A stretch of DNA of 64,000 bases from an uncultured virus (IMG/VR IMGVR_UViG_3300008448_000043) (Duplodnaviria > Heunggongvirae > Uroviricota > Caudoviricetes). The stretch lies in the IMG/VR virus record IMGVR_UViG_3300008448_000043; one strand, 5' to 3'. Shown here one piece after another: positions 48,072-59,900 of this stretch; position 1 is the stretch's first letter; each line of letters starts with the position of its first letter. The notes below the pieces were generated by a model. The model worked only from the letters and a program-made list of their open reading frames with translations. It ran no database searches and was not told the origin of the DNA. Made by a program: the position numbers and the translations under genes.

Positions 48072-50069
48072 TTACCAGGCGTCTTCTCTTAATCCTGAAG
48101 TTGCACACTGTCCTGCACTAACATCATACCACCCTGAAGTATTACCTAATACCTGAACAGGAGATGATCTATTGACCCTATCTCCTCTTCCAAGCTCGCC
48201 AAATTGATTTGAACCCCACGCCCAAATAGTACCGTCCGTTTGTATGGCAGCAAAGTGAGAATCACCACCGCTTATTTTTTTCCAGCTAGTACAGCTACTA
48301 GTGATCTGTGTAGGTGATGAGCGGTCTGTTGTTGTGTTTATACCAAGCTGACCGTCTGTATTTTCACCCCATGTATATAGTACTGCAGCATTAAATTTAA
48401 AAGAACCAGCTAATATTGCTGCTGAGAAATTGCATCCAGCAGTTATTGCAGTCCAATTATTAGATGTTCCAACCTGGACTGGACGAGATCTATCTACCGT
48501 ATCTCCTGTACCAAGCTGACCTTTGTGATTGCATCCCCAAACCCACAAAGTACCATCACACTTCAAGCCTACAGCATGTGTATTTCCAGCAGATACGCTC
48601 TTCCACGAATCACTAGACAGTGTGTATGTTGTATGTGATTCTATGTTGAAAATTTCCAACGAGCATGTGGCAGCTACATCGGTAATATTATAACAATTTA
48701 GTGATTCTTGAGCTGATGGAGAATTTGCATTTAATAGCAAGGATGTATTAGCTGTGGCGTTAGAAACTAGTGTCAGAGGAGGCTTTGGTACATCTATTGT
48801 AGCTCCATTGTAAATACCTGCACCCTTAATAATTCTTATGTTTGAAAGACTGCCCTTGTAGCAATCACCTGTAATAGATGCGTTGGAGCCATCAGCACCA
48901 ATTGTTATACAGGTATTTGCATGACTAAAATTATCACATATACTCCCATACCTGGTTCCATCCACATAAAACTGGGTTGTATTACCTATTCTTGAAGCGG
49001 CAACATGATACCACCTCTCACTACCTAACCTTAAAGTTGAATTGGCAAATGAAGTTGTTCCATTTGCTAATCTAACCTGGAAATGAAGACACTGGGTAGT
49101 TCCTATTTGAATGCTAGGCATGTAGGTACCAGGACAAGAGCTTACTGTAAATGGACATCTCATGTCAAATACAACCTGTGCACATTCGTTAATTATTCCT
49201 GTCATACAGGTGTAGAATTCAATTGTATAATCATTAGAAAGAGCAAGTGTATTGTTACCATTGCCAGTAGAGCAACTGATTCGTGTGAGCCCAGTACCGG
49301 TATAGTTTCTTGAGTAAACTGTTCGTGTAAGATCAAGATAGCAAGCTGATGGTCTACCCGCACCCCACTCTACTAAGTTACCTGGAACTGCACTGAAATC
49401 CTCGCTTTGTGTTGATGTAATGCAATTGTCTATTATACCAACACCAAATCTATTACCCATGGATATATCAACCCATTTTTTATCGACGTCAGCACAGTTA
49501 TTGAAACTAGACAAAGAACAAATGGTTTCGGAATCATAACCACCTCTACAACCTTCAACACATCCCCATACAAATCTACACGTTTCTCCATTTGTGTGAC
49601 CTGGTGCTGTGACTGGGGCACCATATCCGGTTTGTTCAAGATCTACTCCGGGTGAATATGCAGTTGCTGAAGCTCCACCGGCTGATATAACGCTTATATT
49701 ATCTTTAGCAACTAACCTTCTAGGACAAAGATAATCACCAGTTGTTCCATCAGCTAACTGATAAGTATCATTACATCCCCATCCCCAGACTTGACCAGTA
49801 GAAGATAAAGCAATAGCAAAGTGACCATCATGTTTTGAAAGACACACTTTACGCCATCTGCTACCTCTGATACAAGTTTGAACAGGAGAAGATCTACTTG
49901 TTGTCAAGTCATTTCCAAGCTGGCCACCTAATCCACTACCCCAAACCCAAAGACCGCCTCTGGTAAATGTATCTTTACGAATGAACAAATCATCAAGATC
50001 ATAGTAGTCTCTTGTTGCGGGATATTCAGTCCCACAATATATCTTAAAACCTGTAGGATTAGAAGACAT
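48072..50069 (-). CDS. RCC1-repeat protein with LamG insert
   Basis: 'LWVWG.N..GQLG....DRSSPVQ' repeats; internal 'WYHVAASR..FYVDG..SNIRIIKG'. Confidence 0.8.
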   Translation of the reverse strand: MSSNPTGFKIYCGTEYPATRDYYDLDDLFIRKDTFTRGGLWVWGSGLGGQLGNDLTTSRSSPVQTCIRGSRWRKVCLSKHDGHFAIALSSTGQVWGWGCNDTYQLADGTTGDYLCPRRLVAKDNISVISAGGASATAYSPGVDLEQTGYGAPVTAPGHTNGETCRFVWGCVEGCRGGYDSETICSLSSFNNCADVDKKWVDISMGNRFGVGIIDNCITSTQSEDFSAVPGNLVEWGAGRPSACYLDLTRTVYSRNYTGTGLTRISCSTGNGNNTLALSNDYTIEFYTCMTGIINECAQVVFDMRCPFTVSSCPGTYMPSIQIGTTQCLHFQVRLANGTTSFANSTLRLGSERWYHVAASRIGNTTQFYVDGTRYGSICDNFSHANTCITIGADGSNASITGDCYKGSLSNIRIIKGAGIYNGATIDVPKPPLTLVSNATANTSLLLNANSPSAQESLNCYNITDVAATCSLEIFNIESHTTYTLSSDSWKSVSAGNTHAVGLKCDGTLWVWGCNHKGQLGTGDTVDRSRPVQVGTSNNWTAITAGCNFSAAILAGSFKFNAAVLYTWGENTDGQLGINTTTDRSSPTQITSSCTSWKKISGGDSHFAAIQTDGTIWAWGSNQFGELGRGDRVNRSSPVQVLGNTSGWYDVSAGQCATSGLREDAW

Positions 50070-51421
50070 TAAATGTTCTCCTCTGTTATACCTACCATGT
50101 GATTAGGACTTGCCAAGTCTCCTCTACATCCTTGGATAGAAACCTTAACCCAATTTTTCTTTGTGCCAACCTGTACCGGTGAGCTACGTCTCACACTTTC
50201 AAGAGCAGAACCCTGCACATTAGAAACATCACCCCACACCCACAGTGTTCCATCGTTTCTAATTGCTGCTACGGCTGTGCCCATTGAATTTGTTGTTACA
50301 TATCTCCAATTGTCGTTCTTGTCTATACTTTGGATTGGACATGAAGTTCCAACAGTTCTATTTGTACCAAGTTGACCGTATGTGTTGTCCCCCCACGCCC
50401 ATAGAGTACCATTACTTGCCACAGCAAATGAAGAACAAACGCCTAAACTAAAACTTCTTACACAGAGAGCCGGATTGGTATTTGCAAAACAAGTGTTTGT
50501 ATAACCTATCCTATTGATTGTTGTACTGCTTCCTAGCTGTCCCTTATCATTATAACCCATCAATACTAACAAGTTGGTATTTATTTCACCTGTTATGTCT
50601 TTAAGTACTACACCAACAGTAGCTCTACTTGCACAATAATCACTTACATTATTAGCAGATCCACATATACTGGAAACTACAACTGGTCTTGATCTCCTGC
50701 TAGCTGCATTATTATTATTACCCCAATAATACAAGTTACCGGAACTAATCATATGACCACTATACACATCTATACAAGTATCACACACCAAACTTGATTT
50801 AGTTGTTGCACAAGTACAAGCCACCGTGATGGGTGGCCATACGTTTGTAACTGTTGGTAAGCTTGCATCAGTACCCAATTGTCCAAAACAATTATTACCC
50901 CATGCCCGATAGGTATAATCACCGAAAGATGTTTCACTAACAGTGATATAAGACACCTGGCCTTGAGAGTGATCACTACCCAATTTAACAATTGAATTAT
51001 AGAAAGAACAGTTTTCTATAAGAGACGTGCTATTACTACCTGATGGTGATGTAAAGCTAGTTCCTCCCGTAGTCGCATTTGCATTCCAAATTAGACCAGT
51101 AAAACAACCCCATAAAAATAACTTTCCCTGATTATCTAACAGTCTTGCGTTATTAAAAGTAGAATGGGAGGACAAGTGAAAATCTTTCCATGATGTTGGG
51201 TACATACCACATCTAACTGCAGGCTTAACAATATAAGGATCGTCTGCCTGATAGTTGCCACCAGATTCATTCATAGAAGCTGGAAGGTATCCCCATGCCC
51301 AAAGAACATTTCGTTTGTACGATGGAGTTAAAGAGTTGTAGATACTGTTAAAATAGTCACGAGTAACCAAGCAATTGCTTAGGTCTACATTACTAAGTTT
51401 GTAGTTTGTATTGTTAGCCAT
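50069..51421 (-). CDS. RCC1-repeat protein
   Basis: 'LWAWGDNTYGQLG', 'SSPVQVG'. Confidence 0.8.
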   Translation of the reverse strand: MANNTNYKLSNVDLSNCLVTRDYFNSIYNSLTPSYKRNVLWAWGYLPASMNESGGNYQADDPYIVKPAVRCGMYPTSWKDFHLSSHSTFNNARLLDNQGKLFLWGCFTGLIWNANATTGGTSFTSPSGSNSTSLIENCSFYNSIVKLGSDHSQGQVSYITVSETSFGDYTYRAWGNNCFGQLGTDASLPTVTNVWPPITVACTCATTKSSLVCDTCIDVYSGHMISSGNLYYWGNNNNAASRRSRPVVVSSICGSANNVSDYCASRATVGVVLKDITGEINTNLLVLMGYNDKGQLGSSTTINRIGYTNTCFANTNPALCVRSFSLGVCSSFAVASNGTLWAWGDNTYGQLGTNRTVGTSCPIQSIDKNDNWRYVTTNSMGTAVAAIRNDGTLWVWGDVSNVQGSALESVRRSSPVQVGTKKNWVKVSIQGCRGDLASPNHMVGITEENI

Positions 51422-52046
51422 CTAAATTTACTTGATCCAGCTGCTGAAGTGTGGTGCATGAATCAATTTCACTACACTTTTCAATTTCCCAATCAAATGC
51501 ACCTTGAACCGATGTATCTATAGCTCTAACAATCTCTAATAAATTCTGTTTGGTGAGAGATATCCATGTCTCTTCAAATTTCCACATAGATGTATCTTCA
51601 TCCCGCATAGCCAATAATTTATCCGTGTAAACACGTCTTTGATCTCGTGATGTTGGTATACTAATATCTTGATTGTTAATTGAAGCAGTAGTACCAGCTT
51701 GTTCTTTATCCCATCTCTTAGCAGCTACTGCATTTTTAAGTTCACCCTTAACCTCGTCTAGCTCTTTATCTATTATGGTGTGTGATGCATACCCGTTGTT
51801 CTCATCAAATGTCCATGTAGTTCCACCAAACTTTTGAATTTTAGGGTTGTATTCTGGTTTATTCACAACAGCATTTCTTACATATATTTCAGGTAGGATG
51901 TAATAGGGTACTTTAAACATATCTGATGGTAGTACCGTAGGTCGCTGCGATAGATCAAGATCGTTCTGGAGAACAGATGCTATATATGACGCATTCCACT
52001 CCACCGGACCAAGTAGTATTTTATTATGCTGAGTAATTACGTACAT
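51414..52046 (-). CDS. DUF4376-like tail fibre assembly protein
   Basis: 'AAKRWDKEQAG', 'WKF', 'VQGAFDWE' pattern. Confidence 0.65.
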   Translation of the reverse strand: MYVITQHNKILLGPVEWNASYIASVLQNDLDLSQRPTVLPSDMFKVPYYILPEIYVRNAVVNKPEYNPKIQKFGGTTWTFDENNGYASHTIIDKELDEVKGELKNAVAAKRWDKEQAGTTASINNQDISIPTSRDQRRVYTDKLLAMRDEDTSMWKFEETWISLTKQNLLEIVRAIDTSVQGAFDWEIEKCSEIDSCTTLQQLDQVNLDG

Positions 52047-52070
52047 TAAGTAGAACTCCTAATTAATTCT

Positions 52071-53291
52071 TTAATATGAAATATAGTGCATTTTTTTTGT
52101 AAGGAAAGATATATTATCTGTACTAACATTTACAGCTTCCACATCATTATACTGCCATGGTACAGGACAATTGTCACTTACACCCGTCGGCCTGAATAGA
52201 ATAGTTGGACTTGTTGCAATGAATGCCGTATCAAAACAACCAAGACCCAGCATGTTGTTGGAGTTTGAGCCCCACACATATATAGCACCTTCAGTTGTAA
52301 TTCCACTAGCAGCTTGATTATTTATAGACACATCTCTCCACCTGAGTGGCGATGTAAGCTGTACAGGGCAGCTGATACATTGAGCAGTAGTTATACCAAG
52401 ACCAAGGTTATTCCTACAATTATATCCCCACACATATATATTTCCATCCATATCTATAGCCGCAACTTGAGTAGGTCCTGCACTCACTTTTTTCCACAAC
52501 TTGTTAGGGCATATTTGAACAGGAGAACTACGGTTTATAGTGTCACCAAGACCTAGCCGTCCATCAGGATTATTACCCCATACCCAAAGGGTATTGTCTG
52601 TCTTCAATGCAACCGCAAATCCAGAACCCGCAGACACACACTTATATCCACTACCAACAAAAGTTGGAGTAGATAATGATGAAGTTGATACGGAAGGTAT
52701 TCCGGATTGACCATATCTGGAATCACCCCAGGCATATAGGCTGTTATTACTAGAGATTGCAAAGGAGCTAAACTCTCCTCCTGCAACCCTCTTCCACCCA
52801 CTTAGTGATACTTGAACAGGGGAGCTCCTTGATATTGTTGTAGCTTCGCCAAGCTGGTTACAGTTGTTTCTACCCCAGGCCCACAAAGAACCGTCAACTT
52901 TGACGGAAAGAGTGTGAGCCGACCCCATTGCAGCACACACATGGTCCAAGCAATCAATAGGATTTGTTACCGGATTAATAGTTACTTCTGCTTTACATGA
53001 TACAGTGCTAAGGTTACCAAGTTGTCCGTGTTCATTACAACCTGTGATTCCTATTCTATAAACAGAAGAAGCACCGGTGTCTGGAAAACATTGGAAAAAA
53101 GCAAGGTGGCTACTAGTCGAGCCCTTAGCTATACTTTCTACACCATAAGTATACCCAGTAATATCATCAGCTACGTACCCCGCCAAATTTCTGGTTGCAA
53201 AAATATGACCCAATGTAACAGAATCTAACAACTCTTCTTCTGTGAGGAAAATATTTGTTATGTTTTCACCACATTTAGTACCATACGCCAT
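52071..53291 (-). CDS. RCC1-repeat protein
   Basis: 'DGSLWAWGRN..QLG..SRSSPVQ' and further repeats. Confidence 0.8.
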   Translation of the reverse strand: MAYGTKCGENITNIFLTEEELLDSVTLGHIFATRNLAGYVADDITGYTYGVESIAKGSTSSHLAFFQCFPDTGASSVYRIGITGCNEHGQLGNLSTVSCKAEVTINPVTNPIDCLDHVCAAMGSAHTLSVKVDGSLWAWGRNNCNQLGEATTISRSSPVQVSLSGWKRVAGGEFSSFAISSNNSLYAWGDSRYGQSGIPSVSTSSLSTPTFVGSGYKCVSAGSGFAVALKTDNTLWVWGNNPDGRLGLGDTINRSSPVQICPNKLWKKVSAGPTQVAAIDMDGNIYVWGYNCRNNLGLGITTAQCISCPVQLTSPLRWRDVSINNQAASGITTEGAIYVWGSNSNNMLGLGCFDTAFIATSPTILFRPTGVSDNCPVPWQYNDVEAVNVSTDNISFLTKKMHYISY

Positions 53292-55657
53292 CAGTCACGC
53301 TCCAGGTCACTGATTCTCTTATCCAAGTGCTTGACTGTCTCGACTAGCATAGCTATGATTTGAATGTAGTTGATAGCCTTTAGCGATCCTTTTTTATCTA
53401 CAATTTCTGGTATAATCTTTTCCACATCTTGAGCAACAAATCCATACTGCTTTCTAGATGCTCCTTTAAAATTGTACTCTTTACCCGTTAGTGAAAGAAT
53501 CTTTAATGGGTCGTTAATATTATGTATATTTTCTTTTAAAACTACGTCAGATATTGAGTAGAAATTATTTGCGTATATATCAGCATTGGTATCACGGAAC
53601 GCTAGTGTATTTGGAATTGGTTCTGAATTACCTACCAACTCTCCTGATGTAATAAACGTATTCCATGAACTGTTGTAATACACCTCAGGCTTAGTTAGTT
53701 CATTATTAAACCTAAACAATCCTACAGCACCTGTTGGGCGTTGAGTGGTATTACCGACTGGAATTTGAATACCATCTGTGGCTGTGATTGTTAATGATAC
53801 AGTAGGTGCTGAATTGTTAATACCAATTCTATTATTTGTAGCATCTACAAAAAGTACGTTTGTGTCAACAGCTAGATTTGCAGCGCCAATAGTAACTTTT
53901 TGATCGTCGGTCACAGTCATTAGCGATCCAACTAAACCAACATTACCTGATACATTAGCTGTACCAGTAATTGTTGTGTTTCCTACTGCAAGAGTATTGC
54001 CTACTGTAACAGCACCATTGACTGTCAATGTACTTCTTAAGTTAGTAGCACCGCCAACATTTGCTGTAGACGTTGCGTTGATGTATCCAGTAATCTCAGT
54101 ATTACCAACAGATATTGTGTTTGCAATTGTGGCTGCACCGTTTACCACAAGAGTGCTTCTTAGATTCGTTGCACCACCAATGTTAGCAGTTGATGTTACA
54201 TTCATGAATCCAACAATATCTGTATTACCAACAAGCACTGTGTTAGCTATGGTTAACACACCATTGACTGTAAGACCACCACGAGCAGTTAAGAGACCTT
54301 GTACATTTGCTGATGCAGAAATATCTACATCACCTGTTACTCTTAGTGCCACAGAAGGTACTGTATTGTTGATACCAACACGATTGTTTACAGAATCTAC
54401 AAATAGAACGGATGTGTCAAACGTAACATTGCCTGCACCAAACTGGATAGAGTTTGCTGTACTGTTTACTGTTGAAACAATCAGGCCGTTTGATATGGAG
54501 GAATTTCCATCTACGGTTAAAGTAGTTCTCAGTGTAGCAGCACCACCAACATTTGCGGTTGATGATACGTTAATATAACCAGTGAGCTCTGTGTTACCAA
54601 CCGCTAATGTATTTGCAACGGTTGCAGCACCATTTACAGTTAGAGTGCTTCGTAGTGTTACAGCACCACCAACGTTAGCTGTTGATGATGTATTGATAAA
54701 TCCAGTTACGGTTGTATTACCAACAGCAATTGTATTAGGCACGGTTACAGAACCATTAACCGTTAGATTACCTCTTAGGTTTGTATCCCCTTGAACATTT
54801 GCTGTGGTTGAAATATCAACATCACCAGTCACTCTCAATGTTGATTCAGGAGCTGTGTTATTAACTCCTACTCTATTGTTTACCGAGTCGACAAAAAATA
54901 CACCAGAGTCTATGTTGAGATTAGCAGAACCTGTTGTTATAGCTGAAGGATTTGCCGTAATCAAACCATTCACGAAAGAAACATTTCCAGTAACACTAAA
55001 CGTATTACCAATAACCATTCCGCTTTGAATATTAGCAACACCTGATACATCAACATCTCCCGTCACTCTTAGAGCAACACCAGGAGCGGCATTATTAATA
55101 CCAACTCTATTATTAACAGCATCAACAAAGAACACTCCTGTATCAATGTTTACATTTGCTGCATTTATAGTAAGAGTGTTTGACGTGTTGTTTGTGGTTA
55201 GATTAAATATTGAACATGCAAACGTAGCATTACCACCAGCGTTGATATAGCCACCAACATTAGCAGACCCACCTACGTTAAAATTCTGAGATATATTAGC
55301 AGTACCGGATGCATTGAATCCAACAACGTTGGCAGTTCCGGTAACAACAATTGTGTTTGATAATGTAACAGGGCCGGTTACCTGAAGCGAGTTAGCCATC
55401 TGTGCGGCACCAACAACATTAAACGTCGATCCTACGTTAGCTGTAAATGCACTAAGATTCCATCTGAGTGAAGAATTGCCTAGTGCCTTTTGATCTTCAT
55501 TTGGAAAAAAGTCGCCTGAAAGTCCAGATAAGGTTTGAAAAGCAATACTACCGTTTACGGCTAGATCACCATTGATGGTAAAGTCACCATCAACAAAACT
55601 GTTTGAGTTTGCTTGTAATCCATAATGCGTTTTAAATCTTGTGTTTGCGGTAGCCAT
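53291..55657 (-). CDS. fibre protein with C-terminal peptidase S74 intramolecular chaperone
   Basis: Internal repeats; 'SDVVLKENI', 'GFVAQDVEKIIPEIV', 'INY..IIAMLVE'. Confidence 0.8.
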   Translation of the reverse strand: MATANTRFKTHYGLQANSNSFVDGDFTINGDLAVNGSIAFQTLSGLSGDFFPNEDQKALGNSSLRWNLSAFTANVGSTFNVVGAAQMANSLQVTGPVTLSNTIVVTGTANVVGFNASGTANISQNFNVGGSANVGGYINAGGNATFACSIFNLTTNNTSNTLTINAANVNIDTGVFFVDAVNNRVGINNAAPGVALRVTGDVDVSGVANIQSGMVIGNTFSVTGNVSFVNGLITANPSAITTGSANLNIDSGVFFVDSVNNRVGVNNTAPESTLRVTGDVDISTTANVQGDTNLRGNLTVNGSVTVPNTIAVGNTTVTGFINTSSTANVGGAVTLRSTLTVNGAATVANTLAVGNTELTGYINVSSTANVGGAATLRTTLTVDGNSSISNGLIVSTVNSTANSIQFGAGNVTFDTSVLFVDSVNNRVGINNTVPSVALRVTGDVDISASANVQGLLTARGGLTVNGVLTIANTVLVGNTDIVGFMNVTSTANIGGATNLRSTLVVNGAATIANTISVGNTEITGYINATSTANVGGATNLRSTLTVNGAVTVGNTLAVGNTTITGTANVSGNVGLVGSLMTVTDDQKVTIGAANLAVDTNVLFVDATNNRIGINNSAPTVSLTITATDGIQIPVGNTTQRPTGAVGLFRFNNELTKPEVYYNSSWNTFITSGELVGNSEPIPNTLAFRDTNADIYANNFYSISDVVLKENIHNINDPLKILSLTGKEYNFKGASRKQYGFVAQDVEKIIPEIVDKKGSLKAINYIQIIAMLVETVKHLDKRISDLERD

Positions 55658-55667
55658 TCAAATTCCG

Positions 55668-56759
55668 TTAGAATAGTTGAGCTATAATTTTTACAGCTGT
55701 ATTTGCATTGGTTTGTTGTATTTGTAATTCTACATTAGCATTATTTATAGCTGCGGTAATTGAACCAAGTTCACCTGTTGTTGTTGGGCAAACAACAGTA
55801 CCGAATACAGTAATATTTGTGTTATCGTTAGAATCATGAGTAAGAAGCATCTCTGACATCTGAGAAGTATTTGCTCTGCTCATGTTAATTACAAACTTAC
55901 CACCTTTGTGAGATGATTTGGGGAAGCTTACCAGAGTCAGATAACTTGTTGTATTACTTCCTAAGTCTGAATTTGATACACCAAAATTAACTATATTACC
56001 TATACTAACATTGCTTTGGAGTGTTGTATTTTCTTCTACAACAACGTTAGCTGTAAATGTTGCAGGAGCATTTACAGATACTGAGCTTCCAGCAATCACA
56101 AACAAATTAGCAGATAGATATGTGTTTGCGTTGGTAACAAAGTCTTTCGTGATTGTTGTATTTCCAGCAACAGTCATAGTGTTAGAGAAACTGGCAGCAC
56201 CATTTGTTGACAATGTTCCACCCAAAGTGGTGTTTCCTTGAACATTAGCAGTAGTTGTGATGTCAGTAGCTCCAGTAACTCGTAGAGCTACACCAGGAGC
56301 TGTGTTATTAATACCAATGCGGTTATTAACCGAGTCAATGAACAATACACCACTGTTGAAGTTAGTATTTCCAGTGTCTTTAGAGAACGATCCAGATACA
56401 GTAATATCACCAGTGATAATCAAAGCACCTGTAACAACAGCATTACCTGAGATGGATATGTCATTAGAGAAATCAGCATTACCGGTAAAAATTGTATTAC
56501 CAGAAATTGACAGGTTACTAGACACTGTCAGCACTGCGCTGGTTGTAACGTTACCACCTCTCAACGCTGTTCCTACAGCAACAGTATTCGAATTGAAAAT
56601 ACCAATAAGACTAGCATTACCAGTTGTTGTACCACCAGAGGAATTAGCAGCTGTAGTTATAATCGTAGTGGAATACGCATCAAGCAGCGTATTAGTTTTA
56701 TCAAACCAATTGAGGAACGTATCAGTTGATGTATTTAAATTAGCGGTTGGTAGAGCCAT
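55668..56759 (-). CDS. fibre-like virion protein
   Basis: 'DTFLNWFDKTN' N-terminus; shares the 'LFIDSVNNRIGINN..P' module with the next gene. Confidence 0.75.
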   Translation of the reverse strand: MALPTANLNTSTDTFLNWFDKTNTLLDAYSTTIITTAANSSGGTTTGNASLIGIFNSNTVAVGTALRGGNVTTSAVLTVSSNLSISGNTIFTGNADFSNDISISGNAVVTGALIITGDITVSGSFSKDTGNTNFNSGVLFIDSVNNRIGINNTAPGVALRVTGATDITTTANVQGNTTLGGTLSTNGAASFSNTMTVAGNTTITKDFVTNANTYLSANLFVIAGSSVSVNAPATFTANVVVEENTTLQSNVSIGNIVNFGVSNSDLGSNTTSYLTLVSFPKSSHKGGKFVINMSRANTSQMSEMLLTHDSNDNTNITVFGTVVCPTTTGELGSITAAINNANVELQIQQTNANTAVKIIAQLF

Positions 56760-56967
56760 TATTCTCTCTTTGGATTAAAATTTGTAACATGGTTTTTATA
56801 CTTCCTAAATCTTCCTTGAGACTATCCACTTCATTCTTTAGGGTGCTGTAATCCTGGTGCTGCTTACGCTTTTCTTTGTATTGAACGTAAGCAGTAGCAT
56901 TTGTATTTATTAGAGCACTATTTTTTGGGTCTCTTATGAAACCCTCAATCTCAGTCTTTATTGTCAT
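56740..56967 (-). CDS. small conserved protein following the DUF4815 gene
   Basis: 'GFIRDPKNSALIN' followed by a coiled coil. Confidence 0.75.
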   Translation of the reverse strand: MTIKTEIEGFIRDPKNSALINTNATAYVQYKEKRKQHQDYSTLKNEVDSLKEDLGSIKTMLQILIQRENNGSTNR

Positions 56968-59900
56968 AGAGATACCGCTAACGCTCTAATATCCTTTAGT
57001 ATAGGAGGAAAATGTTCTGAGCTAGAGAGCAACACAACCTTGATAGCATAGGTTTTGTATCCGGTATACAAGGATCCTGAAGAGTTATAATATCTTAAAA
57101 TAGCTCCATCACCAGCATCATACTTGAACGAGGCTCCAGGTTGAGTAATCTTTTCAAGAATCAAACCAGTGGCAGTTGTATTTGAATAAGGACCAAGAGC
57201 GTTCTTAAGAGTTAAACTTGTAGTGTTTGCTACCGAATTAACAATATTAACCTCATAGTCGGTGTTGGTATCAAAACCAACAATTTTAACTAGGTCGTTT
57301 GCAGCTAGTAAAGTAAAGTCTGTACCCACACCAACTAACGTAGTATTACTATACGTTTGAACTCTACCGTCAATAGTAGAGGATGGTGGAGAAAGTTTAG
57401 GAGCGTATTCATATTCTATGTAATCGTACTCATTTGCCTTGTCACTGTACAGATTAGCTTCCGTAACTTGTTCTAGAAGCGTCCAATCCTTATTTTCAAA
57501 GTCTTCAGAGTCAACCCCACTTAATACCTTACCATACACCAATATACTGGATCCAGAGGGTTTGTATGCTGTTAGATAAACTCTCATGTCCTCAGCATCC
57601 AACTTGTCAGCCAGTACAACACGTCTTGAAACATATCTAACCTGCGAATTTCCGTAGGAGGTGGTTTCATCAACAGCGCTGTTGTTAATTATATTTCTCT
57701 TAGTGAGAATACTAACTGGACTAACATCGATAACCGGGGCAACCAATACTGTATCAGCGTTACGAGTCAATCTAGCATACAGTTTGAATGATTTGGCTCC
57801 AGATAGCTGAGTAATTTCGTTACTCTTTGATCGTATTTGGGATACTGCTACTGTCTTATTAGATACTCCAAATGACATCGCATTGTTAGATGCTGCCCCA
57901 GACACCCTATCAGCTCTCTGCGTAAGTGTTATTGATGTTGTAGGAGGGATATTTGTCATTATATGAGGCTCTACGAAACTGAAAGTAGAGTTGTCAATAC
58001 TGGATATGACTGCTGATGACTGACTCCGATCACCAAAAATTGTTTTTCCTGTTTGGAATAGGAAAGAAGAATTAGAGGCGTTAGAATCCTTAACAATAAC
58101 AGTATCATCATTATCCTTCTGAGATAAAATACCCCTAACTACTTTTTGAGCACTGGCAAATACAGTAGTGTTATTGATTGTAAATCTTGGTTTATTTTTA
58201 ATTGTAACAGTTGTAGTGTTTGCAGTTATAACACGAACAACTTGGAACGTTTCTGTAACAGATAAATGAGTATTTGTTGTCACAGCACTTGATAGAGGAG
58301 CATCGATAGTCAACTGAGTATTATTAGCAATAGTTACAACTTGTCTTAGTTCGTTGTTAATGCAAATGAAATCACCAACAGCATATTGTGTAGTGAATGT
58401 TGAAGATGATCCAGTAACTGTAGTGTCTGAGGATGTAACTGTAACTGTTCCTGTACCTGTTACTGCATTGTTACCATATACAATTAACAAGTAATCGTCC
58501 ATGGTTACCGTACCTGAAATGTTATTAGTGGTTGTAATAACCGACAAACCTCTTGAATTAATACTTGAGTTGCCAAACTGTGTGCTCAAGTATGTATTCG
58601 CCTTTTGAGCAATGGCTTCTCCAACTTCAAATGAACCTTGAGTATTCGCAATCGTCATGAACTCAATATTATCATTCTCAAAAACAACTGTTCCAAACTG
58701 ACTATTAGTAAAGTCTGCACAGTACACTCTGAATTTGATATCTTCGTTTATCAACGGAGTCCATACTTTGTCATTAGAAGATAGATAACAGCTACCATCG
58801 CCCCAGTCTTTATTCTTGGCAACGTTAGTTAATATATCCGGATAACCTGCTTCTGCAGACCATGCAATGTATTCAGGAGAATCTGCATCTGGTAATAACA
58901 CAACAGCATAGTCGCGACCATGTCTGACATAAACGGGACTGTTAAATATAACCGTCGTCACTGCACTAGAGTTGTTACTGACATTAACGTATTTTGAAGG
59001 CACCATCTTCTGTGCCAATATGGAAGGGATTGGTGCTCCTGATGATGGATCAGTTTCTCTTATTTGTACAACAAGTCCAAAGTTAGAATCCTTCTGCTTG
59101 AAGTACAAATCTACTTTCGTGATGTATATACCATCTGTACCATCATTAAGACTTACTGCAAAAGTTTGAGCTAAAGGATCAGGAGGAGGTGCTGTCGTCC
59201 TGGTTGCAGTAGTAACGGTTGTTGTTGTGTTGGAAAGCAATACATTGGTTATGTTACCAGGCTTCTTTGTAGTTACAGATAGAGTAGCCATGTCTTTAGT
59301 AAAGTTGTAAGCACTAAAGACACAGCTAGCTCTTGATATGGTCGTATCAGCCGATTGATAATCATCAACATCCAGTAGAAGAACTTCTCTATCTCCACAG
59401 AAATACTTTTGCTCTTCGATGTAGAATGTACCAGCAAGCATACCTAGTGTATTAGCAACAAGAACATCACCCAAATCTCCAATTATACTGTATCCTGTAG
59501 TGGAGCTTGTTTTATCTAAGTCTGTGGTTTTATCATACGAATTAAAAAGATCTATGTCAAATTGAGCAGGTAAAGTCAGGTTACTTACGGGACGTTTATC
59601 AAAATACACATAGTGTTTTGTACCTGGTCTCAGACCTGAAGCAACAAAAGAAACCCACTGAGGTCTTATGTATGGATTAAGACTAAAGTCCGTTACAAAA
59701 TCACCAATTTCTTGTGTGTTTGTAACCGTAGATCCAACAGATAGTTGATTCTGTGTTGTTGTAGTCTGGGTTGTTACAGTTGACTGTTGATTTTCAGAAC
59801 CGTTTCTATTTGTTGAAACAGTATTCCATGCAGTAGCCGTCTGCGCAATTGTAGTACCACCAGCTTTAAAGTTAGGGTTCTTATTAATAGCATTGATCAG

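Noticed and set aside
124..59169. Plus-strand ORFs in the track
   Set aside because: Nearly all are antisense shadows of well-supported minus-strand genes (3613-3810 instead overlies the structured RNA region), and none shows a recognisable motif
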